From assembly GCA_000165425.1 (NCBI GenBank), contig CT868096.1:248001-312000 (forward strand): DNA of 64,000 bases. The letters run 5' to 3'. Source of the DNA: Paramecium tetraurelia. Lineage: Eukaryota. Below the pieces are notes generated by a model. That model was given only the letters and a program-made list of their open reading frames with translations, had not been told where the DNA came from and did not search any database. The stretch's first letter is position 1; each line of letters opens with the position of its first letter. Shown in pieces: positions 40,108 through 53,093 of the stretch. The position numbers and the translations under genes are program-made.

Positions 40108-42495
40108 TCAAACATTGTTTCTAAACATATTAGTTACGAATCTCTTAAATCTTTCAGCATATTGATGAGGAGGTATCGCTGATATGTCAGGGCCTTAAAA
40201 GCATCTTTTACAACAGTACTCAATTTTCTTTTTAGTGCTAGGATATAAATATATGATTTATACTTAAAATTTGTCAATATATCAATAATTCCAAAGAAAT
40301 AAATTTTATCACCAGTTTTCGATTGAATTATAGAAATATCTTCTGATTCTAGTTCTTGGGAGATCTCTGTTCTTGCAGTAGTTTGAAGAAAATTAATTTC
40401 ATGAATACCCAAGAGTAAACTATAATCAATAATATTATTTTAGGCAAAAAAGTCTGCATCCTTGCATAGTTATTTGAGTAATTCACTTTGCTTATCAATT
40501 TTAATATTAATTTTCTCATGAGATTCTAAGAAATTTAGATCCTTTCTAGCAACAGTATAATCTGCATTATTAGGAGTTTTTCTTTAATGAAGACTCCCTT
40601 TAATATCATACCTTACATTGATTTCATGAGATGTTTTGAACACATTACTCATAATGACAAAATGTATTTTTTTATCATCCAATATGATTTTGTGCATTCC
40701 AAACAATTTTATTATTAAGGATTATCTGTGATCTTTTAGATGTTTGTAATAATTATATAAGATATGTCTCATAAATGTGAATTCTGTTTTTGAAATAGTT
40801 TTCAATGTATAAATGCCATCCTAAGAATAATAGAAAAAGCTTCCACTTTTCCCAGTAGACGTTAATTCTGATAGTGTACTTAGATCTCCTTTTAAGATGC
40901 TTGATAATAATGTTTCAGGTCCAATGCTACTCAAATAATTATCATTATCAATAAAAAACATTTTCCTAATGTGATTAAATACTTAAGGAGCATAATCAAA
41001 GAACTTACAAACTTTAAAAGTGGTTTTTTCATTACCTGTTCTTTTTGGCATGAGTTCAAAATAGTACTTTAATTTAAAGTCCTTTAATGCAACTTCATAA
41101 TCACTTAAGGCATTGACTGATTTCACAGCCATTTATATTCCAATCATCATATTTAATACAAGATTCCAATTCTGATGACCAAATTAAACAGACAGAGCTG
41201 TTTTTCTCTTTTTATTTATATTTGCTATTGTGGCTCTTCTTTTTTCAGCAATTTCTTGATCTCTCTTCTTATTGATACTGAATTCTTCTAATTTCTTCTA
41301 ATACATTTTTTCTAATCTATCCAAAGATTGTTAAGTTTGCTATTTTAATTCATGAATCTTAATTAAAGCTTCTTTATAATTATCTCTTATTTAATCTTCT
41401 GCCATGTAATTAATCTTTTCTAATCCATCAGTCAATTCTGGATCCAAGGTTTCCTCGCTCTCTTTTGATTTTATAATGTAATCTATTTTTATGGGTATCT
41501 CTTAATCTCCCCTATGAATATAAGGGCCAAGTTGACTATTGCCTTGAATAATTTCACTAGTTTGAACTCCTTATTGGCGACCCTTATTCGCATTCATAGT
41601 ACTCGACATCCTCAAGGATAGAGCATCAACTTCATCCCCCATCAAATATTGAATTCCGAACTGACTATTTATATTTGTTTTCCTTTATTATAAATAAATT
41701 GAGTATACATTTTCTTCTAGCACAATATTAAACTCTAAATCAAATTTGGTTTGGGTTACAAAGTTACAGAACATCGTTTTTGCCTCAACCCTATCATTGT
41801 TTCAAACAAGCTTACTGCTTAATCCTTGATTAAGTAAAACTCACTCAGAACTATCTAATCTTATTTTAAGGTTGCTTCTTTAATAGAGATAGTTATCCCT
41901 TTCCTCAAGAATTCGAATATATCGAGCAAGGTTGGATCACTGGTTAAAATTCCTTTGTATTCAGTAAATGAGACTTTCTCATCATTATTCTTGTCCATTT
42001 ATGTGAATATGTATGCAACTCTTTTTTCTAAGTGATCTCTTATCTCATTTGTTATCGCAGTTCCTGTCATAACAACCCAAGAATCAATCAAAGCCTACAT
42101 CGTCAATTAGAAATCTCTTAATGTGAAATAACCTTTTCTATTTTAATCAATTAATTTGTATGATATCTCAGCCTTTTCATCTTAAGAACCATAAGTGATT
42201 TTATCGAAATAAGCAAGAAATTCATTAAACTATATTTTACCATCCTGATCTTCATCAATTATTTGAAATAAACAATCACTCAATACTTAAACTGTTTCAA
42301 GTCCAAGTAATCCCATGTTTTCTCTAAATTGATTTTTTGTTAAATAATTAGATCCATTAGCCATTCTCTAAAATCTTTATTTAAGCACGCATCTTACCTT
42401 CTTTGTAATTCTTAAACCTCTTCTGCTGAAAAACGGAATCTTGTCATCCTATTCCTCTAATTCTACTAATTCCCATTCCTACCACAGCAAAACAT
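40108..42495 (-). CDS. Phosphatidylinositol-4-phosphate 5-kinase with N-terminal NCS/calcineurin-B-like EF-hand domain
   Basis: EF-hand loops DEDQDGKIQFNE, DQNRKGYFTLRD, DKNNDEKVSFTE; kinase motifs STGKSGSFFYYS, YDIKGS, KDLNF, IIDYSLLLG, GIIDIL, ISAIPP. Confidence 0.93.
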
Positions 42496-42788
42496 TTAAT
42501 ATAATAAATAATAAGCAAACTAAATAATCAACTCCTTACTATAAATTAGTAAATCTTCAAAAGAACTTTTCTCTCATTTAAATCACATCCAATTATTTAT
42601 TAACACTCTCCAAAATTATATTCTATCTATCTTATTCTTAGATTAAAACATTAGAGATTCAAGATATCAATTATTGTGCCAATACTTTATTGATTTTCAT
42701 TGCAAATTGGATAAATTCAAAGAGATAAGAAATAATGTAAATTACAAAATAATAACACAAAATGTATTTAATTTTTAAAAGGATGTAA

Positions 42789-45700
42789 TCACCAATAACC
42801 GCCATGATATTTGGATAAATGATCATAACATTCTGAAGCTGTCTTAAACACCTGCATGCAAGGGACTCCTTTTTTGTTGTCTTTCCAACAAATGCTCTTA
42901 TTACAGACAGAACAAGTCACTCTATAGCATCCATCAATTCTCTAAATTAAGGCTTAACAACTTGGGCATTTTCTAATATCTTATTCCTTCATCAATTTTA
43001 ATAGCAACCCTTGATCACCAAGTTTATTTTCCTCACACGTTAATCCAGGGTGTCTTAAAGCCTATCTTTTAATTCAATAATTACTTTGCATAAAAAACAA
43101 TATTATTTTAAACACATTGAACAATATATTGCCTTATCTTCTATTTAAATTTATTCAAAATTATTACAACCAGGAGTGTAACAGAAGGTTAAACTTTGGT
43201 TATTCTCCTAAACAAATTTATTAAGAGCCAAATTTATCAAAGTTTCTTTGTTTTCTTTCCCAATTATTTACAATATATCATTTAGAATCATTTTTTCATT
43301 GCATATAGGACATCTTACAGGAAATAGTTTAACATCCTGTAAAACACTATTACAATGAAGGGAAATGCATTCTAAACAACATTTATGGCCACAACCTTAT
43401 AGTAAATAACTGTGTATTATTTTATCAAAGCAGATAGGGCAGTCTTCTTATTTTGCATCACTTATTATAGTTTCTTCATCAAAGTTTACTTAAGATACTG
43501 CTGATTCAATGCAAGAAACAGCATCTTAAATATTTAAACCTGATCCCTCTAAAAACAATTCTTTACTCTACTGTTTATATTTTATCTAAGTCAAATTAAA
43601 TTGCTTTTTTAGGCTATCAAGACCCTATCCTTTTAAGCCAACTAATTACTTAATTGCTCCAGGTGGTATTATTAATTTATGAGAAACAATTATTTAAGCA
43701 ATTTAATTAACATAATTAGTAATCTCATCTAATTTTTCCTTTTAACAACAAACTCGTATCACTTTTTTATATTGATCAATCATGAAGTGTATGCTTCCAT
43801 CTGCTTTTTCAAAGTCTTTTAATTTATTCTATCCAAAAGGTGTAAAAAGAAAATCGCTAGTATTTTTCAATTCAATTTTATAACCTTAGAGGAAGTTAGT
43901 AATGACTTGATCTAATTGTTAATTTACTAAGATATTGTATGTACAAATGATAACTTCTAGTTCCCTATTTTTTTAATGATTTCCTTATTCGAAAGTAACC
44001 TTGAAATTAAACTTTTCATATTCCTTTAATAGACTTAAAATATGGGGTTTGAGTTGAATAGGGATTTTATGATATTGATAATATTAACCTTTACTGTGGA
44101 TTTTAACTAAATTAGCTCCAAATTATATCTTTTATCCGTTTAAAATTTCTAATAATTTTTACATAGTATGAATGCTGGTAATATAAATTTTAGCTTTTCT
44201 TTTGCCTCTTGTCTTTCTAATCAAGTGAGTATGATGGAAATCAACATCCTTTTTCTCATTTCTTTCAATATTTCTATTGATTAAATGTATTATAATTTGG
44301 GAATAATCTTCCTTGCTTTCAGATAGAGTTTTTGATTATAAATCAATGTATTTGACATGCTACTTCCCACCACACAACATAAGAATATCAATTTCAGTTG
44401 TAAACGGACTTAAATTCTAGAATTTTAAAGTAAACTCATCTATTTATGTAATTTTAATTTATTTTCCTTCCAATAGCTGATTATTAAATTAATCTAAGCA
44501 TCCCTTAGCCTAGGCCGTTTCATTAAATACCACAGTGCAGACTCCTGAACATAATTTGGTGTACCAGATAAGACTCAATATGTATTTTTATTAATTAATC
44601 TTATTTAATTATATTTGAGTCTATTCTGTAACAACACTAATGATTCTATCTTAATACTCTGATTAATCATAGCCTTAAATAATGTAAGGCATATCATCTT
44701 TGTCTTCAATTACAATTTATGCTTAGGTCTCATTTTCCAAATAATTTAATTTAAGGTGTGTGATCACAGTAAAGTCTTCAAATAATTCTTTGATATCACC
44801 TTCTGTTACTTTGGGAGGTAGTCCTACTAGTTTAAACTCTTTAGATTCATGCTACTTTATCCATTCGCTAATAACGGCTCCACTCTAAAATATTAATTTC
44901 TTTCCACTTATGTGCTTGATCTCTAATATTTAGGTTTTTAGATTTTCTTTAATTTGATCAATTCTTGCATATAGTTCACCCATATCAACCTTGTCATCTG
45001 AATAAATAGATATTAAATTCAAGTTCAAATTGGGTTCTATAGAGCAATTATATTTATTTTCTAATTCAGTAATTTCAATGCCTTAATTTTTCCATAGTTC
45101 TTCCAAAATTACATTACCGACATTAGTAAGTATTATTTCTTTTTGAGTCAAAGATTACTTTCTATTTTTATTATGGAGATATAAAATAGAATTTTCTTTA
45201 AGAGCTAAAATATAAATATATTGTTAAAGTCTTCCTTTCTATTTTTAGATGCAACCCTAATTTAATTTATAGCTTTGTTCTTGAATATGATATAGTCTAT
45301 CTTCTCTTAATTCGGCTACTGGGAAATTTAACTTTAATTATTCTTCAACTTATGGTTTGTCTTCTTAAACTACCTACATACTGGATGATCTTCTAATTGG
45401 AGCCATTGACAACCCCCCAATATTAAGAATATTAAATTAAGGACAATTCTATAATATTTTTATTATTTTACATATTCTTAAGTGTATTACTAGACATATA
45501 ACAGAATTAGTATTCCTTTATAAAGATTGATCTAATTCTCATCACACCACTTTTCTAATTGAGTAAATTCAAAGATGCTTTAATTTTTATCAAATTCGAC
45601 ATTAAGAAGGATAGAGTTGATAAATGTTCCAAGCTAATCGATTATTTCAATCCATGAATAAGCATCCCCCTTATTCGACCAAAGCAGACTCGTCCTAATT

Positions 45701-46632
45701 GTAAGATTGAAATTTGGTTTGTTCTAAAATAGCATACCTGATGTATTCAAAGCACCTTTAATAATAGCACTATTCTTAGATTTATCAAACTCTTCAATAT
45801 GATGATCTTATTGACTAAATTCTAACTAGACTTCTTTGGGGGAAAGAGAAACATAGGTTTCCTTTGGAAAATTGTAGATAATCTACACTCCACACTAATT
45901 GGATTTTGGTATTTCTCTAATTATTAATTCTTGCCTAGATAGTAGATGATCTTAATAAATGACACTGTTTTATATATATGGTTTTCTAATTTCTTTGTAT
46001 TACGTATGAATTATTAGAGTTATGCATTCTGATTCCAAATATTATGGTTCAATGAGCAAATAAATAACATGGTTGAACTATTGCGTTTTTCTTTAATCTA
46101 GCTTTTAATAAAAGTCGTTAAATTCAGGTGTCAACCTCACCTAAATTTAACCTAATAATTCCAATGCATTTGCGAATGATTATATTTCATTGACATTCTT
46201 ACAATAAATTAAAACATCTTATTCTTCATGTATGTATTTAAGCAAATATTCATAAATTTAATCTACTCTCTCCATATTTTCCTTCCATAAGAAGGTGTAT
46301 ATCATATTATACTCAGGAATACATTAAGACTGCAATTATTCAACATTTTATGAATCTGTTTCGATTGTTTCATTAATAATTAAGTATTGTATTTATTCAT
46401 CAATTTTAGTTGGAATAGATGAAGCAAATTTGAGATCCAAACTGTTAGGCAATTCTAATTTTTAATTTGTTTGATCAATTATAATTTTTAATTGTCCTTA
46501 ATCCTCATTATTCAATTAAAACTTTTGAAGAATAGAGTTGAAGTTAGTTTGTTTGCTATTTAACAAAGATTCTCTGGTCATGTAGTAATTTTGAACGAAT
46601 GATGAAGTTTCAGCTTTTTAAAATTGATTCAT
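42789..46632 (-). CDS. RBR (RING-IBR-RING) E3 ligase with RRM and KH domains and a degenerate DEAH-helicase-like N-terminus (DEAH11/12-like)
   Basis: RING1 CPICF...CGHKCCLEC...CPIC; IBR CYTPGC...CSMC...CFLC...H...C; RING2 CPSC...DGCYRVTCSVC...CYDHLSKYHGG; RRM FKLVGLPPKVTEGDIKELF; KH IPPGAIKQLVGLKG. Confidence 0.87.
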
Positions 46633-46760
46633 AGTGTTTTAGAAATTGAGAGACTTTGTTAAACACTATTTTTATTTTAATTAAATTTTATTTGGTTATA
46701 CATAGAAACATATTATTTATCTAGGTAAACTCGATATTTAAATAAATATTTCATTTTTTC

Positions 46761-47954
46761 ATGTCTTAGCTGAGCTCAACTAAAAAATCTATATTATTAG
46801 CTGCTTTAGTGATATTTGGATCATTGGCAATAATAAGTAAATGAATGATATACAAAAAAGCCTTTAATTTATAAAATAGTCAGATTGTTTTTGTTGATTA
46901 AGAAGATACTTATGGAGTTTTCAATCATCCATTTATGTAAACATTAAGTATGTTTGTTGCTGAATTTCTATGCTTACTCGCTTTTTTTTACGTCAAAACA
47001 ACTAAGTCTTATAAAAGTCAATATGAAGAAGCTTGTAATGATGGATTAAAAAGAATAAAAGTATTGCTAATCCTCATACCTACTTGTTGTGATAGTATTG
47101 GAGCACTTTGCATCTACATATCATTAAACTTTTTGCCGCCCTCAGTTAATTCTATTTTGACATGTGGAATTATCGCTACATCAGCTATTTTATCAAGATT
47201 AATGTTAAAGAGAAGATACACAACAAAAGAAATCTAAGGATGTTCATTAGTCTTAGTTGGAGTAGCAATTGTAGGCATTAGCGGATTTACTTTTCCAGAA
47301 GAATAAAATTAAGAAGTATTATATATATATATAGAATTCTAGGATATTAAAAAATAAGTCGTTTCCATATTCCTTATGTTATTCTCTATATTTCTCTATG
47401 GATTCCAATACACAATTGAAGAAAGGTTTTATAAAACATATTTCATCCATCCTTTGGAACTCATTGGGTTTGAAGGAATGTGGGGATTGATCATATACAC
47501 ATTAATATGCATATCTTTGACTTTTACTAAGTGTCCTGAAGCTCTTTACAATGTTTGTATTCCACATGATGGTGAGTATTACTTTGAAAGAGCTGATTAT
47601 TATTTTCAGCAATTTTCTAAAAGTGCTCTCCTTCAATTTGCTGTAATTTTTGGGATTCTATCGATTTCTGTTTACAATACTATGTGTTAGACAGTAACAA
47701 AATATTTATCTTGTGTAACTAGAGCACTGGTGGATGTTGCTAAAATTATGATGATTTGGATTATATCTTTAATAATTTCATTAAGTACTTCATCGTCAAA
47801 TTATCATTGGGAAAACGTCAGACTTGGAGCTATCATCATAGAGGTCATTGGATTTTCATTTGTTGTTGCTGGCGAAATTATTTATAATTTCAATGCCACT
47901 TAAGTTGAGGGAACTGAAGAACTTACTCAGAATTTAAGTTTGCAATAAAATTGA
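46761..47954 (+). CDS. SLC35F6: SLC35F6-like drug/metabolite (nucleotide-sugar) transporter
   Basis: FNHPFMQTLSMFVAEFLCL; IPTCCD; QYTIEE; HPLELIGFEGMWG; multiple TM helices. Confidence 0.85.
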
Positions 47955-48982
47955 AAATTCATTAATGTATCATTTTATAGTTTCATTATTACAAATACAT
48001 TAATCATTTGTTTTCTATTGGGTTTAGATTTTGTTATTTAATAATATAAATTAGTTTAAGAAATTTAATAAATCAGTTTGAATCCAAAACATTATTAAAA
48101 TTAAATTTAATGGTTAGAAAGAATGAAAAATATGAGTATTAAGTTCCTATTTTTTATTAGTAATGCCTAAATATTGGTGATTTATCTAATCAATAAAAAG
48201 AATATTATAAAGTTCCTTCATTATATATTATATAATCTATGAATAAATTTTGATGTAATCAGATTTAGAAAATTAAAATTAATGTAATAATCACAGTATT
48301 TACTTTTTTTTTAATTTTATATCCTAATTTATGAGTACAAATTATTCGATTTTATATCCTTATATTTTTAATAAAATTTATCTTATTAAATAGGGAACTA
48401 CTTTGTCATTTTTGTAAGCTTATACATTTTAATGAAAGCCCTCAAAAATATCAGTAGTTTGGTTTCTTATATCAAAATAGGGGCCTTTCTATTTAAAATG
48501 AGTAAATCACTAAATCAAAGAAAATGGATGGGTAGTCTAAAGGATATAAGATCTTAGCGAACCCATTTGAAATATCATAATCAAATAAATATTGATAAAT
48601 AATTATCCCTTTAAACTTCGAAATGAAATCTTAATAAAAATAATCCAATTGTGAATTATTATAATAGTCTGAACACCATATATTTAATTCATACATTAAA
48701 CATATTCTGTTTTTGAAATCCTAATTTATGATTTAGAAAGTTTTTGGTTTTGATGATAAACTTTACATTTTAAATATTCAAAATGCCTGATGGACAAAAT
48801 ATTATTGAATTTAGATGTACCAATGATCCAGATAAGTTTAGTTTTCGATTCTTTAGAAATGAAATCCGTTTTAATTTTTTTGAAATATCTTTCATATGTT
48901 AGCTCTGTTTATTAATCTTCATTTATTTATTCAAATATCATCATCAAAATTTTCACTATTTTAAAGTAATAAATAAAATTTT

Positions 48983-49191
48983 ATGGGTTGTGTAAACACT
49001 AAAGCCAAAAGCTAGGAGAGAAGTACATCAATATCCAATTTACAAACAATAACCTCAAAAAATTTGACATCCTAAAATAAATATAAATTTGGAATACTCA
49101 AATTGCAGAACGTAAGACTTATATAAACTCATAGATATCACGAAGCACTATTCTTAAGAGGAGAAGCAAACTGAATAAATATTCTCTATGA
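48983..49191 (+). CDS. 61-aa MGC microprotein, predicted N-myristoylated/palmitoylated
   Basis: MGCVNTKAKSQERSTS...GILKLQN|ISRSTILKRRSKLNKYSL* with a 23-nt GT-AG intron at 49112-49134; paralog at 51241-51469. Confidence 0.75.
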
Positions 49192-49239
49192 GGAGAAAAT
49201 AATATTAATTATGTGTTTTTATCTGATTATACTAGTTAA

Positions 49240-51230
49240 ATATGAAAATAAATATAATTATTCTTCTCTAAAGCAACTAGCTTAAATAAGGTCGATTACA
49301 TTGTGATAAATAGACTTTAGACATCATAAGTAGAGTTGATAAATAAAAAATAAGGAAAAGTCTATGATTAAATAAATAATACTAAAAACTCTCATATTTT
49401 TGATATAGGTTTAATAATTACAGATTATTTAATTTTTAACTTTGGATGATGAAGAAATGGAATCATCATTTCCTTATTTAATTCTTTAACCAAATTATAG
49501 ATAATATATATTAAGAAAACAAATTATTTAAGAAAAACTAGGTATCTCCTCCTGATCAAGATTTTGAAGGCTAAACATTTGATATAGATTTATTTAGAAA
49601 CTTTAAGAACGGGTGTAGACTAAAAGAAAAATAAATTTATATAATTACCTTAAAATTAATGGAAATTAAAAATGGTTTAAATTGAATTTAAAGAAAGAAG
49701 GCAGATATTCAAATTAAGATGAAGAAATATGAAATAATAGAGGATTTAATAATTATTAGTATCTTGCCTTTTGATGATAAGATTAATATTCAAAAAATAC
49801 ATGCTCAAATAATTAGATTAGATTTGGGCTAATATATTGATACTTAGACTTACGACATTAATTTTCTAAGACTTAAACGATCATAATCAACTGAATGCTG
49901 TATTAACGCATTTTATCTGTTCGTATTTAAGGCAGCTAGCTTTTAAAATTTTTCAGTATTTTTGTACAAAAATTTTGATAAAAAGTTATTTTTCCTATAT
50001 AGAGAATAAATAATCATCAGATCAATATTTAAACTGCTTATTTGGTATAATCACAAAAATTGGATTTTAAAATGTTTGTTGCGCATTTTAAAACATTATG
50101 ATTTCTTAAGTGTGCTTAATTAAATGCTGGCCAGGCATTTCACCTATTTTTTGGTTAAATTTCTTAGGAAAATTCATCCATAGCACTTATTTAATTTAAA
50201 TGATACGTTTGATTATTGATAAAGGAATTGAGGTATTTCATATTATATGAGATTATTTTGAATTAATCTGATTAGCTTAACTTAAATAAATTAATAAAAA
50301 TAGATGAGATTCCTCTCAATAATGATTAAAGCTTAATATAATATTTATAAACTATGTTTATTATTCTTTAAATATAATTATAAATATAAATAAATTTTTC
50401 TTTAGTCAAGATTTATTATATATATAATTTTTCCAATAATCAAGTGTGTCGAAATTAATTCTTTTAATCCCATTTTGAATTTATTCTAATACCTAAAATA
50501 TTATGGATATGTTCATCCTTAATATTAAATTGAATTTAGTTTATGAAATTCTGCATAAATGAAATTTAAATTAAGTTTTTGTTTTTTTAATGAGATGAGA
50601 AATTTAGAATTGTTGGATCATAAGAATTTATCTATCAGAAATAAGAATAAATAAAGGGATACGTTTAGCTTTTGAGTATACTAATATAATAATGAAAAAA
50701 CCAATTATATAAATTAATTTTAAAATATTACTTAATGTTTTAGAAGAATTAATTAATATAAAAGTTTGAAACACAACATTATTTATAATTTAATTCCAAT
50801 TAATTTAAAAATATTTAAAGATTTATGTATGTGTAATTCCTAGTTAAGTAACAAGTTTACATTTTTTGATCACATAAATGCAACTAAAGTTTTGGGGAAA
50901 GGATGGAATAGATGAAAGCCACATCCTTTTTAATTATGTAATGATAATTGATATTAGTCTGTTTATGATATAATATAGATGAATTTCTTTAAAGAAGACA
51001 AGAAGCATTGTCAGAGTCTAAACATAAAAAATGTTATTGTAGATTTCCTGAAATTTCAGCATTGAACCTCAATTGATCACTCTTTAGGAATTATTCTAAC
51101 TGAACAAGCATTTTAAAGAAGAACTTAAACTTCTCAAAATCCAATTTACCCAATGTCTTTAATCACAATAAAAGGAATCTTAAGGAATAATTTTCTCAAA
51201 ATAAAGCAAATTAACTATAATTTTTCATTT
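49240..51230 (+). pseudogene. Decayed coding remnants (one piece weakly kinase-like)
   Basis: Fragments such as LDDEEMESSFPYLIL and NEMRNLELLDHKNL...LAFEY, interrupted by frameshifts and TGA. Confidence 0.3.
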
Positions 51231-51240
51231 CATTTATTTC

Positions 51241-51469
51241 TCAGTTTTCTAAATTTGTTGTTTTCTTATTTACCCTTCTTGTTAGAATTGTACTCTTCGA
51301 AATCTATTGATTTATAAATAATAACAACATTTTATAACTTTTTATGAGGACTGTAGAATTTTTTAACTTTCGTTTCGACTAGAACCAATATTTAAGTTCT
51401 CTGAAATTGTGCTGATTAGACTGTCTATATTCGAGATTAATCATTTTTACTACTACAAGTGCACCCCAT
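51241..51469 (-). CDS. 67-aa MGC microprotein, paralog of 48983-49191
   Basis: MGCTCSSKNDQSRIQ...PHKKLQN|ISKSTILTRRVNKKTTNLEN* with a 25-nt GT-AG intron at 51304-51328. Confidence 0.75.
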
Positions 51470-51773
51470 TAATTTTATAAAGAAAAAAATCTTAAAAGAA
51501 TTAGAAATTAAATTCAAAATTTATAATCAAGAATTTCTAGAGCTTTTGTCAGTTGAGCTTTATATCCCTTAATATTGTTAATAAAGTATTATTTAATTTA
51601 GAATTCATACTAGTAAGTTTCAAAGTATAACGTAAATTTGAGGCAATATCAGCCAGATTACAAAAAGGTAATAAAAGAGTTCATGATTTAATAATAATTC
51701 TGTTTTATCTATAAATTCCCTTGTGTAAACCTATTTCAAACTATTAAGCTATGACAACCTATTCAAATAGCAA

Positions 51774-52420
51774 AACCTGTTTTGGTTTTAAGAGAATTAG
51801 AATTATTGGATATGAGAGACACAATATATTTGATATATTTGTCGCGCTCGCTGGGGAGGTTTATACTTTTGCTCGCGAGCGCGCGCATATGCATGATATT
51901 GCACATTTAGGCATTAAGTTTGGTTTAAGGCTTTTAAAGAATAAATTTCTGAATGGCTTTTTTAAACAAAAAGTTTCGAAGAATTTTAATTGGGAATTGA
52001 AGGGAAAATAAATGGAAAATAATTAGAAAATAAGAAAGTTTGAAAAAAAAAANNNNNNNNNNNNNNNNNNNNNNNNNNNNNNNNNNNNNNNNNNNNNNNN
52101 NNNNNNNNNNNNNNNNNNNNNNNNNNNNNNNNNNNNNNNNNNNNNNNNNNNNNNNNNNNNNNNNNNNNNNNNNNNNNNNNNNNNNNNNNNNNNNNNNNNN
52201 NNCACCGGTTCGACGGCAAGTACAAGAGCGAACCTGTTTTGGTTTTAAGAGAATTAGAATTATTGGATATAAAAGACACAATATATTTTATATTATTTAT
52301 TTTACTGGGGAGGTATTATATTTATAGAAACCATATCATGATATTCAATTAGCATAAGTTGTTTAAACTTTAAGATAATTCTAATGCTTTTTAACAAAAG
52401 TTCGAGATTTAATAAAATTA
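51774..52420. repeat. Direct duplication spanning the assembly gap (probable unmerged contig overlap)
   Basis: 40 identical nt at 51774 and 52231 (aacctgttttggttttaagagaattagaattattggatat); the left copy then degrades progressively. Confidence 0.85.
52053..52202. other. Scaffold gap, 150 N
   Basis: Run of N. Confidence 1.
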
Positions 52421-53093
52421 AAAAATATAATGTATTATTTGATTCAAATGTTGAATAATATAAATAAACCAGAAGAATATGTTAAAAGTTTAGAATATGA
52501 ATGTCAGATGAAAAAGTTAAATTGACTATGACACAGAGCCTTTTACACAAATTAAATTATAAATATTGAATTTATAAATTAAATCCCATTTTTAAGAACT
52601 GAATTAAGGTCTATTTATCCGTAAAATCTAGATGTAGATTTCTATTTTTAGGGATAATTCATTTTAATTTATTCAATGAAGCTTATAGAATCCCAACAGA
52701 ATTCAGATGTTATAATTAAGGGATAGTATTCAAAACTAAATTTTATTTTAAAAACCGTCTTCATTTTCGTAAAGATATTTCATTTTTGGTAAAGAAAGAC
52801 TTTTAAACTGAAAGAAATTGGAGTTCATACGAAGGTATAACTTTCAGGGTACTATATAAAAATTTATATCTACTATCATGAAAAGAAAGACTGGTGTTTT
52901 TATTAATGCATAATATAATAAATACTAATTTATAGTAAGATGTAAAGCAATTGAATCTCATTTTAAAATAGTTCTTACTTTCACTCCAGTTAAATTTCTG
53001 AGCAAATACTTTGATTTGATATAAAAGTATTATCGTTGATTTTTCTTTAGAATATGTAAATAAAATGATAATTATTTTATTTTTAACAATCAA

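Noticed and set aside
51774..52420. Apparent diverged direct repeat with a GC-rich CG run (gtcgcgctcg...gctcgcgagcgcgcgc) suggesting a mobile element or foreign DNA
   Set aside because: The left copy is the right copy with progressively more substitutions and stretched homopolymers up to the N gap, which is the signature of a low-quality read end. Most likely an unmerged contig overlap; ORFs 51751-52327 are artefacts.
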